Source of the DNA: Campylobacterales bacterium
GTDB taxonomy: Bacteria; Campylobacterota; Campylobacteria; Campylobacterales; QNZT01
Reading direction: 5' to 3'
Length of the DNA stretch: 26,849 nucleotides
Assembly (NCBI GenBank): GCA_026985685.1
Contig: JALSQA010000402.1
Location: 1-26,849 of the forward strand
Of the stretch, positions 18,261 to 26,849 are shown piece by piece; position 1 is the stretch's first letter; each line of letters opens with the position of its first letter. The position numbers were made by a program, and so were the translations under genes. The notes beneath the pieces were generated by a model that saw only the letters and a list, made by a program, of their open reading frames with translations, had not been told where the DNA came from and made no database searches.

Positions 18261-19445
18261 TTAGAGTCCAGGAAGTCTTGGAATTTTATTGAGTTTAGAA
18301 TTTTTATAGTACCAACCCCAGCCCTTTTTCATCCAGTGTCCTACAACCGGCATAGGAAGCATAAAACCTCTTTTGTCACTTCTATAAACAAATGCAGCTC
18401 CATCTCCACTGTCCATGACACAAAGGATATTTAAATGCTCCATATAACCTTTTCTCTCACTCAAGCCCTCTTCCATCGCTTTGATATTAAAAGCTGTATT
18501 TTTTGCCATCACCTCTGCGATATGTCCCTGTTTTGCTCTCCAGTCAGGTCCATCAAGTACTGCTGAATCTCCGATAACAAATACATTATAATTTTCAGGA
18601 GCTTCATCATAATCATGAAGCACTTCACAATAATCATTGATTTTAACAAGACCTGCATCATTTAGAGGAAGATCAGAATTTGCAAACACTTTATGCCCAG
18701 TTCCCGCAGCGATAAACATCGTCAAATCACTTTCGATAAAGACATCATCTTCAAATGCAATACCATTTTCTTTAAAAGCAACGATTTTTTTACCTACTTG
18801 CTTTTTGATATCAAGTTTATTAAAGAAAACATCCATCATTTTTAGAGCTTGAGCTCCCATCCTAGCACCAGGTTGTGCCATAGGTGCAAAAAATGTTAAT
18901 TCAAACTTATCTCTGATTCCAAGTTTTTTTAATTGATTATGTACATTAAACAAAACTTCAAAGGCTGGACCACCACGTACATTACTAGGATCTTTTGGAT
19001 TGCCACCAAAGCCCATAGCAATTTTACCACTTCCTTTAGCGATCAACTTATCTAAAGTATCTTTGATCTTTAGTGATTCAGTAGGCTCCCCGCAAATTGT
19101 CAAAGTATTTTCAATACCAGGATGTTTTACCTTACCACTACCTAAAGCAACAATCAAATACTCATACTCATAAGTTTCTTTTTTACAATAAACTTTTTTC
19201 TCTAAACTTTTAATAGCTTCAACCTCATCGATAATAAGTTCAAAACCATGTACTTTTTGTAATTTTTCAAGAGGAATACAAACATCATCAAAAGAAGACT
19301 CACCTGTAGGTACCCAAATAGAAGTAGGATAAACATATAAATAATCTCTATTAGAGATCATAGTAACTTCAAATCCATATTTTCTCAAATATATTGCAGC
19401 TTCAAGCCCTGCAAATCCACCACCTAAAATCAATACTTTTTTCAT
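18261..19445 (-). CDS. sqr: Sulfide:quinone oxidoreductase, type VI (SqrF-like)
   Basis: FAD motif GGGFAG; 'PGIE...IC' (C118); 'GNPKDPSNVRGGPAFE' lacking the Cys of the usual SCxGPxYE motif; 'DYCEV' (C273); 'GPDWRAKQGHIA'; 'LCVMDSG' (C342). 394 aa. Confidence 0.85.
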   Translation of the reverse strand: MKKVLILGGGFAGLEAAIYLRKYGFEVTMISNRDYLYVYPTSIWVPTGESSFDDVCIPLEKLQKVHGFELIIDEVEAIKSLEKKVYCKKETYEYEYLIVALGSGKVKHPGIENTLTICGEPTESLKIKDTLDKLIAKGSGKIAMGFGGNPKDPSNVRGGPAFEVLFNVHNQLKKLGIRDKFELTFFAPMAQPGARMGAQALKMMDVFFNKLDIKKQVGKKIVAFKENGIAFEDDVFIESDLTMFIAAGTGHKVFANSDLPLNDAGLVKINDYCEVLHDYDEAPENYNVFVIGDSAVLDGPDWRAKQGHIAEVMAKNTAFNIKAMEEGLSERKGYMEHLNILCVMDSGDGAAFVYRSDKRGFMLPMPVVGHWMKKGWGWYYKNSKLNKIPRLPGL

Positions 19446-19545
19446 ACATCTCCCCTGACATAAGCATATATTATTTTTATAATAAGCAAATTAAAAATCA
19501 ATTATACATGAATTGTTTGAAAGGATTCTTAGAGAGAGTGATAAC

Positions 19546-19578
19546 AAAAGGCTTGACATAAGAATTGTCAAGCCTTTT
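19546..19578 (-). terminator. Intrinsic terminator of the oad-pckA transcript
   Basis: aaaaggcttgaca / taagaat / tgtcaagcctttt, 13-bp perfect stem 9 nt after the pckA stop. Confidence 0.8.
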
Positions 19579-19587
19579 TAATATTAA

Positions 19588-21174
19588 TTATATTTGAGGA
19601 CCAGCGATAGAGTAATCAAATTCTGCATCTTCTTGAAGATATTTTTTGAAATTTTCTACAAACATAGAAGCTAGTTTCCCTCTTGTTTGCATATAAGCTT
19701 CTTTATCTTCCCAGGCATTTTTAGGATTGAGAACTTTTGAATCTACACCAGGTAGAGTTGTTGGAAATTGTAACTTAAACAAATCAGTTGTATCAAATTC
19801 ACTCTCCAGGATAGAACCATCCATGATAGCATCAATACAGGCACGTGTTGCTTTCAAACTCATACGTGTACCCACGCCATATGCACCACCTGTCCAGCCA
19901 GTATTTACCAGATATACATTTACATTATGTTTTTCAATCTTTTCACCAAGAAGTTTCGCATATACTGTTGGATGCAAAGGTAAAAAAGCTTCACCAAAAC
20001 ATGCACTAAATGTTGCAACTGGTTCAGTAATACCTCTTTCAGTTCCTGCCACTTTTGCAGTATATCCACTTAAAAAGTAATACATTGCCTGTTCTTTTGT
20101 AAGTTTACTTACAGGAGGAAGTACACCAAAAGCATCTGCACTTAAAAAGATTATATTTTTAGGATGACCACCTTGAAGTGTTACTTCATGATTTTCAATA
20201 TGATAAATAGGATAAGAGACTCTGGTATTTTCAGTTTTTGTGCTATCCTCAAAATCAACAACACCTTTATCATCTGCTACTACATTCTCTAATAGTGCAT
20301 CTTTTTTGATTGCCCCATAAATTTCTGGTTCACCTTCGGCATCAAGTCCTATACATTTTGCATAACAACCACCTTCAAAGTTGAAGACACCTTCATCATC
20401 CCAGCCATGCTCATCATCACCAATAAGTCTTCTTTTTGGATCAGCAGAGAGTGTAGTTTTACCAGTTCCTGAAAGTCCAAAGAAAAGTGCTGTATCATTA
20501 TCTTTGTTACCAAGATTTGCAGAGCAGTGCATTGGCAGTTTCCCTTCTAAAGGTAACCAATAGTTCATCATAGAAAAAATTCCTTTTTTCATCTCACCAC
20601 CATACCAGGTACCACCGATGATAGCAATATTTTCTTCAATATTAAAAACTACAAAAACTTCAGAATTTAATCCATGTTTTTTCCAATCATCATCAACCAC
20701 TTTACATGCATTATAAAGCACAAAATCAGGTTTAAAATCTTCTAGCTCTTCTTGCGTTGGTCGTATAAACATGTTTTTAACAAAGTGTGCCTGCCAAGCG
20801 ATTTCTGTAATCACACGGATACTTTTTTTACTTGTTTCACTAGCTCCACAATAAAGATCCTGTACATATAAATCTTTACCTTCAAACTCTTTTTTTGCTT
20901 TTTCAAAAAGTTCATCAAAAATCTCTTTTGAAATTGGATGATTAATATCACCCCATGAGATGTATTTATTAGATGGAGTTTGATCAACAAAATATTTATC
21001 TTTTGGACTCCTTCCAGTAAATATACCAGTATCTACCATGACCGCACCATTTGCAGATACAAGCTCTTTATCCTGTTCTACTTCATGTTTATAAAGTTCA
21101 TCATAATCTGAATTGTAATAGATGTTTTTTACGTCAGATATACCCATAGCCTCCAGATCCGCTTTTGTGATCAT
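19588..21174 (-). CDS. pckA: Phosphoenolpyruvate carboxykinase (ATP)
   Basis: 'TGRSPKDK', 'YGGEMKK', P-loop '[11 protein letters not shown]', 'LIGDDEHGW', '[10 protein letters not shown]', 'ENTRVSYP'. Confidence 0.98.
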   Translation of the reverse strand: MITKADLEAMGISDVKNIYYNSDYDELYKHEVEQDKELVSANGAVMVDTGIFTGRSPKDKYFVDQTPSNKYISWGDINHPISKEIFDELFEKAKKEFEGKDLYVQDLYCGASETSKKSIRVITEIAWQAHFVKNMFIRPTQEELEDFKPDFVLYNACKVVDDDWKKHGLNSEVFVVFNIEENIAIIGGTWYGGEMKKGIFSMMNYWLPLEGKLPMHCSANLGNKDNDTALFFGLSGTGKTTLSADPKRRLIGDDEHGWDDEGVFNFEGGCYAKCIGLDAEGEPEIYGAIKKDALLENVVADDKGVVDFEDSTKTENTRVSYPIYHIENHEVTLQGGHPKNIIFLSADAFGVLPPVSKLTKEQAMYYFLSGYTAKVAGTERGITEPVATFSACFGEAFLPLHPTVYAKLLGEKIEKHNVNVYLVNTGWTGGAYGVGTRMSLKATRACIDAIMDGSILESEFDTTDLFKLQFPTTLPGVDSKVLNPKNAWEDKEAYMQTRGKLASMFVENFKKYLQEDAEFDYSIAGPQI

Positions 21175-21238
21175 TTTATATCCCTTATTACTAATTTATA
21201 CATATTTATACATATATTATATCGCACATTTTATTTAT

Positions 21239-22576
21239 TTATTTAAAAATTGATAATAATACACCAGCTGCAACAGCAGAACCAATCACACCTGCTACAT
21301 TTGGTCCCATTGCATGCATGAGTAAAATATTTGATTTATTGTACTCTTGTCCTACCTTACTAACCACCCTTGCACTCATTGGAACAGCAGAAACACCAGC
21401 TGCACCTATAAGTGGATTTATCGGTTCTTTTGAAAATTTATTCATCAATTTTGCCATAAGCACACCAGCCGCAGTTCCCATAGAAAAGGCTATCAACCCG
21501 ATAATCATAATACCTAAAGTCTCTACAACCAAAAACTTATCTGAGGCAAGTTTAGAGCCAACACCTAAACCTAAAAAAATTGTAACAATATTAATCAAAG
21601 AGTGTTGCATAGTATCACTAAGCCTATCTACAACCCCACTCTCTTTAGCAAAATTTCCAAAACATAACGCACCTATAAGTGGTGTTGCATCTGGTAACAC
21701 TAAAATTGTTAATACCAATACAATGAGTGGAAAAAGTATTTTTTCTAGTTTTGAAACTTGTCGTGTTGTTATCATTTTGATTTTTCGCTCTTGCTGTGTT
21801 GTCAAAGCTTTCATTATTGGAGGTTGTATAACTGGTACCAGTGCCATATAAGAATAAGCAGCCACAGCAATTGCTCCTAATAATTCTGGTGCTAGCTTGG
21901 TAGCTATAAAAATTGAAGTGGGTCCATCTGCTCCACCTATAATACTAATAGCAGATGCCTCTTTCATAGTAAAATCAAATACTCCAGCTTGTGCTAGTGC
22001 TGCTGCTCCAACCAAAGATCCAAAGATACCAAATTGAGCAGCAGCTCCTAAAATAGCTGTTTTAGGGTTAGCAAGAAGTGGACCAAAATCTGTCATCGCA
22101 CCTACACCCATAAAAATCAATAAAGGAAAAAATTCATTGGCTATACCCATGTTGTAAATAATACCAAGCATTCCATGATCACCTGCTAGATTTGCAATAG
22201 GAATATTTGCCAAAATACCACCAAAACCAATAGGAATCAATAAAAGAGGTTCAAAACCTTTGACAATAGCAAGATATAAAAGCAAAAAACATATAACAAA
22301 CATGATCACACGACCAGCACTTTGAGCAAAAAGAGTCATCTCTTTTCCATCAGATGTTTTTACACCTTTTTTAGGATTTAAAAGAGCATTTAATCCTGTT
22401 GTTTGATAAAAGCTTTTGAAAAGTTCTGTAATAGTTTTGGATTGGTATTGTGTATTAGTAGTTTGTTGTTTTGTAACTTCTACTTGTGTATGTACCTCAT
22501 CAGAGCTAAACAATGAAGGTACAAAAAGAACAACACTGATAAATATTGTCAAAAAAAGATGTTTCATACTATACAT
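21239..22576 (-). CDS. oadB: Na+-translocating decarboxylase beta subunit
   Basis: '[12 protein letters not shown]', '[10 protein letters not shown]', 'IIGGADGPT', '[12 protein letters not shown]', 'HAMGPNVAG'. Start uncertain (TTG 22579, ATG 22576 or ATG 22567). Confidence 0.93.
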   Translation of the reverse strand: MYSMKHLFLTIFISVVLFVPSLFSSDEVHTQVEVTKQQTTNTQYQSKTITELFKSFYQTTGLNALLNPKKGVKTSDGKEMTLFAQSAGRVIMFVICFLLLYLAIVKGFEPLLLIPIGFGGILANIPIANLAGDHGMLGIIYNMGIANEFFPLLIFMGVGAMTDFGPLLANPKTAILGAAAQFGIFGSLVGAAALAQAGVFDFTMKEASAISIIGGADGPTSIFIATKLAPELLGAIAVAAYSYMALVPVIQPPIMKALTTQQERKIKMITTRQVSKLEKILFPLIVLVLTILVLPDATPLIGALCFGNFAKESGVVDRLSDTMQHSLINIVTIFLGLGVGSKLASDKFLVVETLGIMIIGLIAFSMGTAAGVLMAKLMNKFSKEPINPLIGAAGVSAVPMSARVVSKVGQEYNKSNILLMHAMGPNVAGVIGSAVAAGVLLSIFK

Positions 22577-24375
22577 CAATCTAACGTTGCTAATAATTGA
22601 CCATCGGTTATCGACTGATTTAACTCAACTTCTATACTTTTTATAACACCATCTTGTGGGGCAGAGATTTCAATCTCCATTTTCATGGCTTCTAAAATCA
22701 TGATAGTATCACCCTCTTTGATCTTATCTCCAATATTAGCCACTATTTTCCACACAGTACCAGGAGTTTGAGAATAAACTTCTATATTTCCTTTGGTATT
22801 ATCATTTTTTTGCACGACTTGAGGCTTTTGCTTTTGGGGTGCTTGAACTTGTGTTACTTGCACATCACCATCATGTCCTTCAACAACATCAACATTATAT
22901 TTTTTACCATTTACGACGACTGTATATTGCCCTGCCATTGCTTTATTTCCTTTTTCTATTTTCATATCACTATTTTTGCGTATATTTACCTTTGCTTCAC
23001 CTTTTAAGAAAGTAATACCTTTATCACCACATGAAGCAGCGATAAAAAGATTTTCTTCTGTCTTTTCCAAACCATTTTCATAAAGAAGTTTTTCAAAATG
23101 TGCCAAAGATTTTAAAGGATCAGCATTTGCCAACTCAAGAGCCGTTTTGTTAGTTGGTTCTAATTTTAACTGTTTACTTGCTAATTCTACAATCTTAGGA
23201 TCAGGAGAGACAGGTGTTTTACCAAAATAACCAAGTACCATACGTCCATATCCTGGAGATATCTGTTTCCAGGGACCAAACATGACATTTGCATAAGCTT
23301 GTTGCCAGTAAAACTGGGAAACAGGTGTTACAGAAGTACCATAACCGCCTTTTTCTACAACTTCACGCATAGCATCAATCACTTGAGGAAATTTATCTAA
23401 AGAGTTATCATCACGCATCATTTGTGTATTTGCTGTCAAAGCTCCACCTGGCATAGGTGAAAATGGTATCAAAGGAGAGACTTGTATAGCTTCTGGTGGC
23501 ATAAAGTAGTCACTTAAACACTCTTTTAATACACGTTCATATTTGAGTATCTTTTCAATCTCTAAACCGCCTAAATCATACTTTGAACCTTTAGTCGCGT
23601 GTAAAAGTGTTAATATATCAGGCTGACTTGTTCCACCACTCACTGGACTCGCTGCCAAATCAATTCCATCTGCCCCTGCATCTAAGGCAGCTAAATAAGA
23701 GGCAACACTTACACCAGCAGTCTCATGAGTATGCAGCCTCACATGAATATTTTCAGGCAATAATCTCTTCGCCATAGTAATAGTTTCATAAACTTTATGA
23801 GGATTAGATGTCCCACTGGCATCTTTAAAACAGACACTTTCATATTCTATCCCAGAATCAAGTATCTCCCTTAAAACTTTTTCATAAAATGCCACATCAT
23901 GTGCACCTTTACATCCAGGAGGAAGATCCATCATTGTGACAACAATCTCATGTTTTAGTCCATGATCATTTATACATTTACCACTATATTTAAGATTTTC
24001 AATATCATTTAAAGCATCAAAATTACGAATTGTCGTTGTACCGTGTTTTTTAAATAATTTGGCATGAAGATCTATCAATGCACCGCTGCCAGTATCTAAC
24101 ATAACTGTATTTACACCACGTGCCAAAGTTTGAAGATTTGCCTGAGGACCTACAATCTGGCGAAATTTATCCATCATTTCAAATGCATTTTCATTTAAAT
24201 AAAAAAACAAACTCTGAAACCTAGCTCCACCACCAAATTCAAAATGGCTTATTCCTGCCTCTTTTGCAGCTTCTAGTGCAGGAAAAAAATCTTCCATCAA
24301 TACACGTCCACCAAAAATTGACTGAAAACCATCTCTGAAAGTTGTATCCATTATGTCGATTAATTTTTTTGCCAT
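22576..24375 (-). CDS. oadA: Biotin-dependent carboxyltransferase plus biotin carrier: oxaloacetate decarboxylase alpha / PycB-like subunit
   Basis: '[10 protein letters not shown]', 'CFKDASG', 'HTHET', 'PGGALT', 'VTPVSQ', biotinylation motif 'EAMKM'; flanked by oadG and oadB. Confidence 0.85.
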   Translation of the reverse strand: MAKKLIDIMDTTFRDGFQSIFGGRVLMEDFFPALEAAKEAGISHFEFGGGARFQSLFFYLNENAFEMMDKFRQIVGPQANLQTLARGVNTVMLDTGSGALIDLHAKLFKKHGTTTIRNFDALNDIENLKYSGKCINDHGLKHEIVVTMMDLPPGCKGAHDVAFYEKVLREILDSGIEYESVCFKDASGTSNPHKVYETITMAKRLLPENIHVRLHTHETAGVSVASYLAALDAGADGIDLAASPVSGGTSQPDILTLLHATKGSKYDLGGLEIEKILKYERVLKECLSDYFMPPEAIQVSPLIPFSPMPGGALTANTQMMRDDNSLDKFPQVIDAMREVVEKGGYGTSVTPVSQFYWQQAYANVMFGPWKQISPGYGRMVLGYFGKTPVSPDPKIVELASKQLKLEPTNKTALELANADPLKSLAHFEKLLYENGLEKTEENLFIAASCGDKGITFLKGEAKVNIRKNSDMKIEKGNKAMAGQYTVVVNGKKYNVDVVEGHDGDVQVTQVQAPQKQKPQVVQKNDNTKGNIEVYSQTPGTVWKIVANIGDKIKEGDTIMILEAMKMEIEISAPQDGVIKSIEVELNQSITDGQLLATLD

Positions 24376-24384
24376 TGTTTTAGG

Positions 24385-24630
24385 TTATCCTTTTTTATAC
24401 TCTGTCAATGCTGCCGTAATAACAGCTATAAGCTCTTCATCTTCACAAAGTGAAGAATCTTTTTGGTTCGTTTTTGTAGCTGTTATAGGAAGAGATTTAG
24501 GTGGAAATAATTTATGAAGTATCTTTGTTTGAATTTTTAAAATAAAGATCATCAGAAGTAAAAAGAGAAAGACAGTTGTCATACCTAAAAGCATATATTT
24601 TAGACCTTCGATAGTCATATCAACATCCAT
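24385..24630 (-). CDS. oadG: Na+-translocating decarboxylase gamma subunit
   Basis: 81 aa; 'LLGMTTVFLFLLL' TM, Pro/Thr linker, C-terminal 'ELIAVITAAL'; AAGGAG SD. Confidence 0.9.
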   Translation of the reverse strand: MDVDMTIEGLKYMLLGMTTVFLFLLLMIFILKIQTKILHKLFPPKSLPITATKTNQKDSSLCEDEELIAVITAALTEYKKG

Positions 24631-24693
24631 CTATTCTCCTTGTTTAAGGTAATATTTAATACTAACACATGATTGATTAAATGGCATAATAGA

Positions 24694-25206
24694 TTATGAT
24701 AGATTTTTCTCGACATAATCTTCTAAAAACTTCTGCATATTTTTACGCTGAAGTTTTTTGGTATATGCTATTGCGTCCATATTATTGCTATCTTTGGCAA
24801 AAATATCTGCACCTTTTTCTAGTAAAAAAGTAACTATTTCCTCATAACCATAGCAAGCAGCTTGCATTAAAGGTGTTAATTTACTTTTACGATAAGTAAC
24901 ATTAACATCCATTTTTTGCTCTTGAACCAAATATTTTATCAATTCGATATTACCACAGACTACTGCTTCATCTAATAACGAAACCCCTTCAGAATCTGTT
25001 TGATTAATATCAACACCATTTTCTATCAGTAATTTGATAGTTTCAAAAGAACATTTTCTATGTATTGCATAAAAAAGAAGTGATTCTTCATTTTCATTAA
25101 GTTCATTTTCGACTATTTGATTTAAGTTGGCACCTTTTTTGATTGCCTGCTTGATAGCAAGATAGTTATCGCAAACTATAGCATCAACAATATCTTGATT
25201 TTGCAT
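24694..25206 (-). CDS. Ankyrin-repeat protein (about 4 repeats), cytoplasmic
   Basis: 'SLLFYAI...IKLLIENGVDIN', 'SLLDEAV..GN.ELIKYLV', 'TPLMQAACYGY.EIVTFLLEKGADI'; no signal peptide. Confidence 0.88.
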   Translation of the reverse strand: MQNQDIVDAIVCDNYLAIKQAIKKGANLNQIVENELNENEESLLFYAIHRKCSFETIKLLIENGVDINQTDSEGVSLLDEAVVCGNIELIKYLVQEQKMDVNVTYRKSKLTPLMQAACYGYEEIVTFLLEKGADIFAKDSNNMDAIAYTKKLQRKNMQKFLEDYVEKNLS

Positions 25207-25283
25207 GTTTTTCCCCTATATTATTAGAGTTTATTATAGCGAAAAAATAAAAGAATGTAAAAGTGAGAAGAATTTTTAAGAGA

Positions 25284-25311
25284 TCTAAAACAGACCTAAG
25301 TCTGTTTTAGA
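25284..25311. terminator. Intrinsic terminator after cytochrome c553
   Basis: tctaaaacagac / ctaa / gtctgttttaga, 12-bp perfect stem 20 nt after the stop. Confidence 0.75.
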
Positions 25312-25331
25312 AAAGTATTTAAGATTATACC

Positions 25332-25631
25332 TTATTTTAAACCGTGAATATACTCAGCAACTGCTTTGATATCTGCATCAGAGTAAGAAGCAACTTGACC
25401 TTTCATCAAACCACCCATACCGTGTTGATTTAATGTACCAGCTTTGTAACCTTTAAGATCTTCTTCAATTTTTGCTGCATCTAAACCAGCGATAACTGCT
25501 GATTTTCCTAAAGCTTTTTTCTCACCTTTTGCACCATGACAACCTGCACATTTTTTGAAAAGTGCTGCACCGTCAGCCGCTAAGAAACTCATTGCACCTA
25601 ATGCTACTAATGTTAATACTACTTTTTTCAT
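25332..25631 (-). CDS. Periplasmic monoheme cytochrome c553-type (class I)
   Basis: Signal peptide, 'ADGAALFKKCAGCHG' (CXXCH), distal Met region 'HGMGGLMKGQV', C-terminal helix 'DIKAVAEYI'. Confidence 0.92.
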   Translation of the reverse strand: MKKVVLTLVALGAMSFLAADGAALFKKCAGCHGAKGEKKALGKSAVIAGLDAAKIEEDLKGYKAGTLNQHGMGGLMKGQVASYSDADIKAVAEYIHGLK

Positions 25632-25693
25632 AATTTTCTCCTATTGTTTAATTAATTTTTATTTTATACTTTATTTACTTATAAACTCACAAA

Positions 25694-26011
25694 TTAGCAA
25701 GATGGAACATTTCCACTATCACTACCATACTCATGGAAGAAATCAAAAAGATCATCTAAATATTTATCTTTTACATCTTTTACTTTAGGGCATTCTTTTT
25801 TAATTTCATCTTCAAGTTTACCACTCTCTTTTAAAGCTTCCCATTCATCTTGTGTATGTTTAGCTGCCATTTTTGCACCATTGATACCACAAGCTTTTTT
25901 TAACTTTTTAAGGTAAAGTTTTTGACCTTTTGCAGGATCTGCTGAAGCTGCTGTTGTTGCAATACTTGCAAGAAGTACTGAAGTTGCTACGATACTAAGA
26001 AATTTTTTCAT
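25694..26011 (-). CDS. Exported cytochrome-c-like protein without CXXCH, ending SDSGNVPSC
   Basis: 105 aa, Sec signal peptide (ASA), AAGGAG SD; only three Cys (C41, C74, C105), plus H52 and H93. Confidence 0.85.
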   Translation of the reverse strand: MKKFLSIVATSVLLASIATTAASADPAKGQKLYLKKLKKACGINGAKMAAKHTQDEWEALKESGKLEDEIKKECPKVKDVKDKYLDDLFDFFHEYGSDSGNVPSC

Positions 26012-26042
26012 CTATGTCTCCTTAAAATTTAATTACAGCACA

Positions 26043-26075
26043 ATTATAAAATATAAAAGTGAAGCAATCGTGAAA
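26043..26075 (-). promoter_or_regulatory. OmpR-family (DccR-type) direct-repeat box over the -35 region plus TATAAT -10
   Basis: Minus strand tTTCAC-gattgc-TTCACt (26075-26058), then 9 nt, then TATAAT (26048-26043); 31 nt upstream of ATG 26011. Confidence 0.7.
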
Positions 26076-26100
26076 ATTATATACTATTGTATTTAAAAAT

Positions 26101-26457
26101 TCACTTTAATTTCCCAAATATCTTGTATTTTTCCCAATAAATATCAATTGCTTCTTTTAATTCTTGATCTTTTAGTGTAGTTTTATTTTTCAATCCATAT
26201 CGTGTAATTTGTTCTTTTCTTAGTGCAGAAGTAAAATAGTTTGGATTTTTAAGGAAATCAAAAAGTGCACTTTTTACAGAAACTTCACTACTATATTTTT
26301 TTAGATAACCCATAAAAATCTCTTGCATACTCAAAGACATCTGTTTATGGCACTTCATGCACTCTTTTGTATAAATATTGTCAGTTTTTGTATTTCTAGC
26401 TTCTAACAACATACTTATGAAAAACAATAACATTATAATGATTTTTATTTTTCCCAT
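26101..26457 (-). CDS. Exported single-CXXCH protein (atypical monoheme cytochrome c)
   Basis: 118 aa, hydrophobic N-terminal signal, CMKCH at residues 33-37; start overlaps the kinase stop by 13 nt. Confidence 0.82.
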   Translation of the reverse strand: MGKIKIIIMLLFFISMLLEARNTKTDNIYTKECMKCHKQMSLSMQEIFMGYLKKYSSEVSVKSALFDFLKNPNYFTSALRKEQITRYGLKNKTTLKDQELKEAIDIYWEKYKIFGKLK

Positions 26458-26849
26458 GAAACCCTCACTTTTGTCCCTTTGGATATCTTTGATTTAAAAT
26501 TTATTGTCAAATTATACTCTTGTGCTATCGTATAGACGATATTTAATCCCAATCCAAAACCACCTTCACTTTGATTTAACCTTGTATATCGTTGAAAAAT
26601 TGTATCAATTTCTTTCTCATCAATACCAATACCACCATCTTCAATTTCAAAATAATTTTTTCTTAACCTAACAGCTATAAAACTATTTTTTTTATTATAT
26701 TTAATTGCATTAGAAAGTAAATTATCAATAATACGTGTAATTTTTGTTTTATCTATCTTAAGAAAGATATTTTTATCAAGATCTTTCATACATCTGATAG
26801 ACTTTGAAGAAGATATCACTTTAAAAAAATCTATTCTCTCTTCAAATAA
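26445..26849 (-). CDS. Sensor histidine kinase, C-terminal HATPase domain (5'-truncated by the window edge)
   Basis: Frame open to the window end (LFEERIDFFKVISS...). N box 'NLLSNAIKY', G1 'IEDGGIGI', F box 'IFQRYTR', G2 'GGFGLGL'. Confidence 0.92.
   Translation of the reverse strand, partial: LFEERIDFFKVISSSKSIRCMKDLDKNIFLKIDKTKITRIIDNLLSNAIKYNKKNSFIAVRLRKNYFEIEDGGIGIDEKEIDTIFQRYTRLNQSEGGFGLGLNIVYTIAQEYNLTINFKSKISKGTKVRVSWEK

Noticed and set aside
21194-21213. Tandem 10-mer atttatacat x2 upstream of pckA
   Set aside because: Only two copies in about 85% AT sequence; plausible by chance or slippage, with no independent support as an operator.
953-23007. Antisense and alternate-frame ORFs in the track (e.g. 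953-1366, 2610-2978, 11239-11763, 19727-20080, 21318-21851, 22768-23007)
   Set aside because: All lie inside well-supported genes on the opposite strand, have no recognisable motifs or SD, and have the composition expected of shadow ORFs.
1-26849. CRISPR array, tRNA/rRNA, riboswitch, intact IS or prophage
   Set aside because: No regularly spaced repeats, cloverleaf or rRNA-like GC-rich segments, long leader regions, or transposase, integrase or phage ORFs were seen; nearly all of the window is accounted for by protein-coding genes.

Overview
AT-rich chromosomal window from a Campylobacterota (Epsilonproteobacteria) genome, most likely a free-living sulfide oxidiser. This is inferred from gene content and from synteny with the C. 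jejuni pheS-pheT-aroA-ispH-rpsA-X-serA and pycB-pckA-argH blocks. Left to right: the 3' part of a periplasmic adaptor (MFP) gene; a hairpin-packed convergent spacer; a minus-strand efflux operon (TolC, short MFP, and an RND permease encoded as two 556-aa halves, the first ending in His6); the housekeeping superoperon; hit; argH; a RelE/ParE-type toxin-antitoxin pair beside REP-like hairpins; a type VI-like sulfide:quinone oxidoreductase; oadG-oadA(pycB-like)-oadB-pckA; an ankyrin protein; and a sensor kinase followed by three small exported cytochrome-c-like proteins. Two of the three are non-canonical, and one sits behind an exact DccR-type WTTCAC-N6-TTCACW box. No rRNA, tRNA, CRISPR array or intact transposase was seen. 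The best candidates for under-described systems are (i) the split-RND, two-adaptor efflux pump and (ii) the two-component-regulated cluster of atypical cytochrome-c-fold proteins. All family assignments are by motif recognition and recall; no database search was run.
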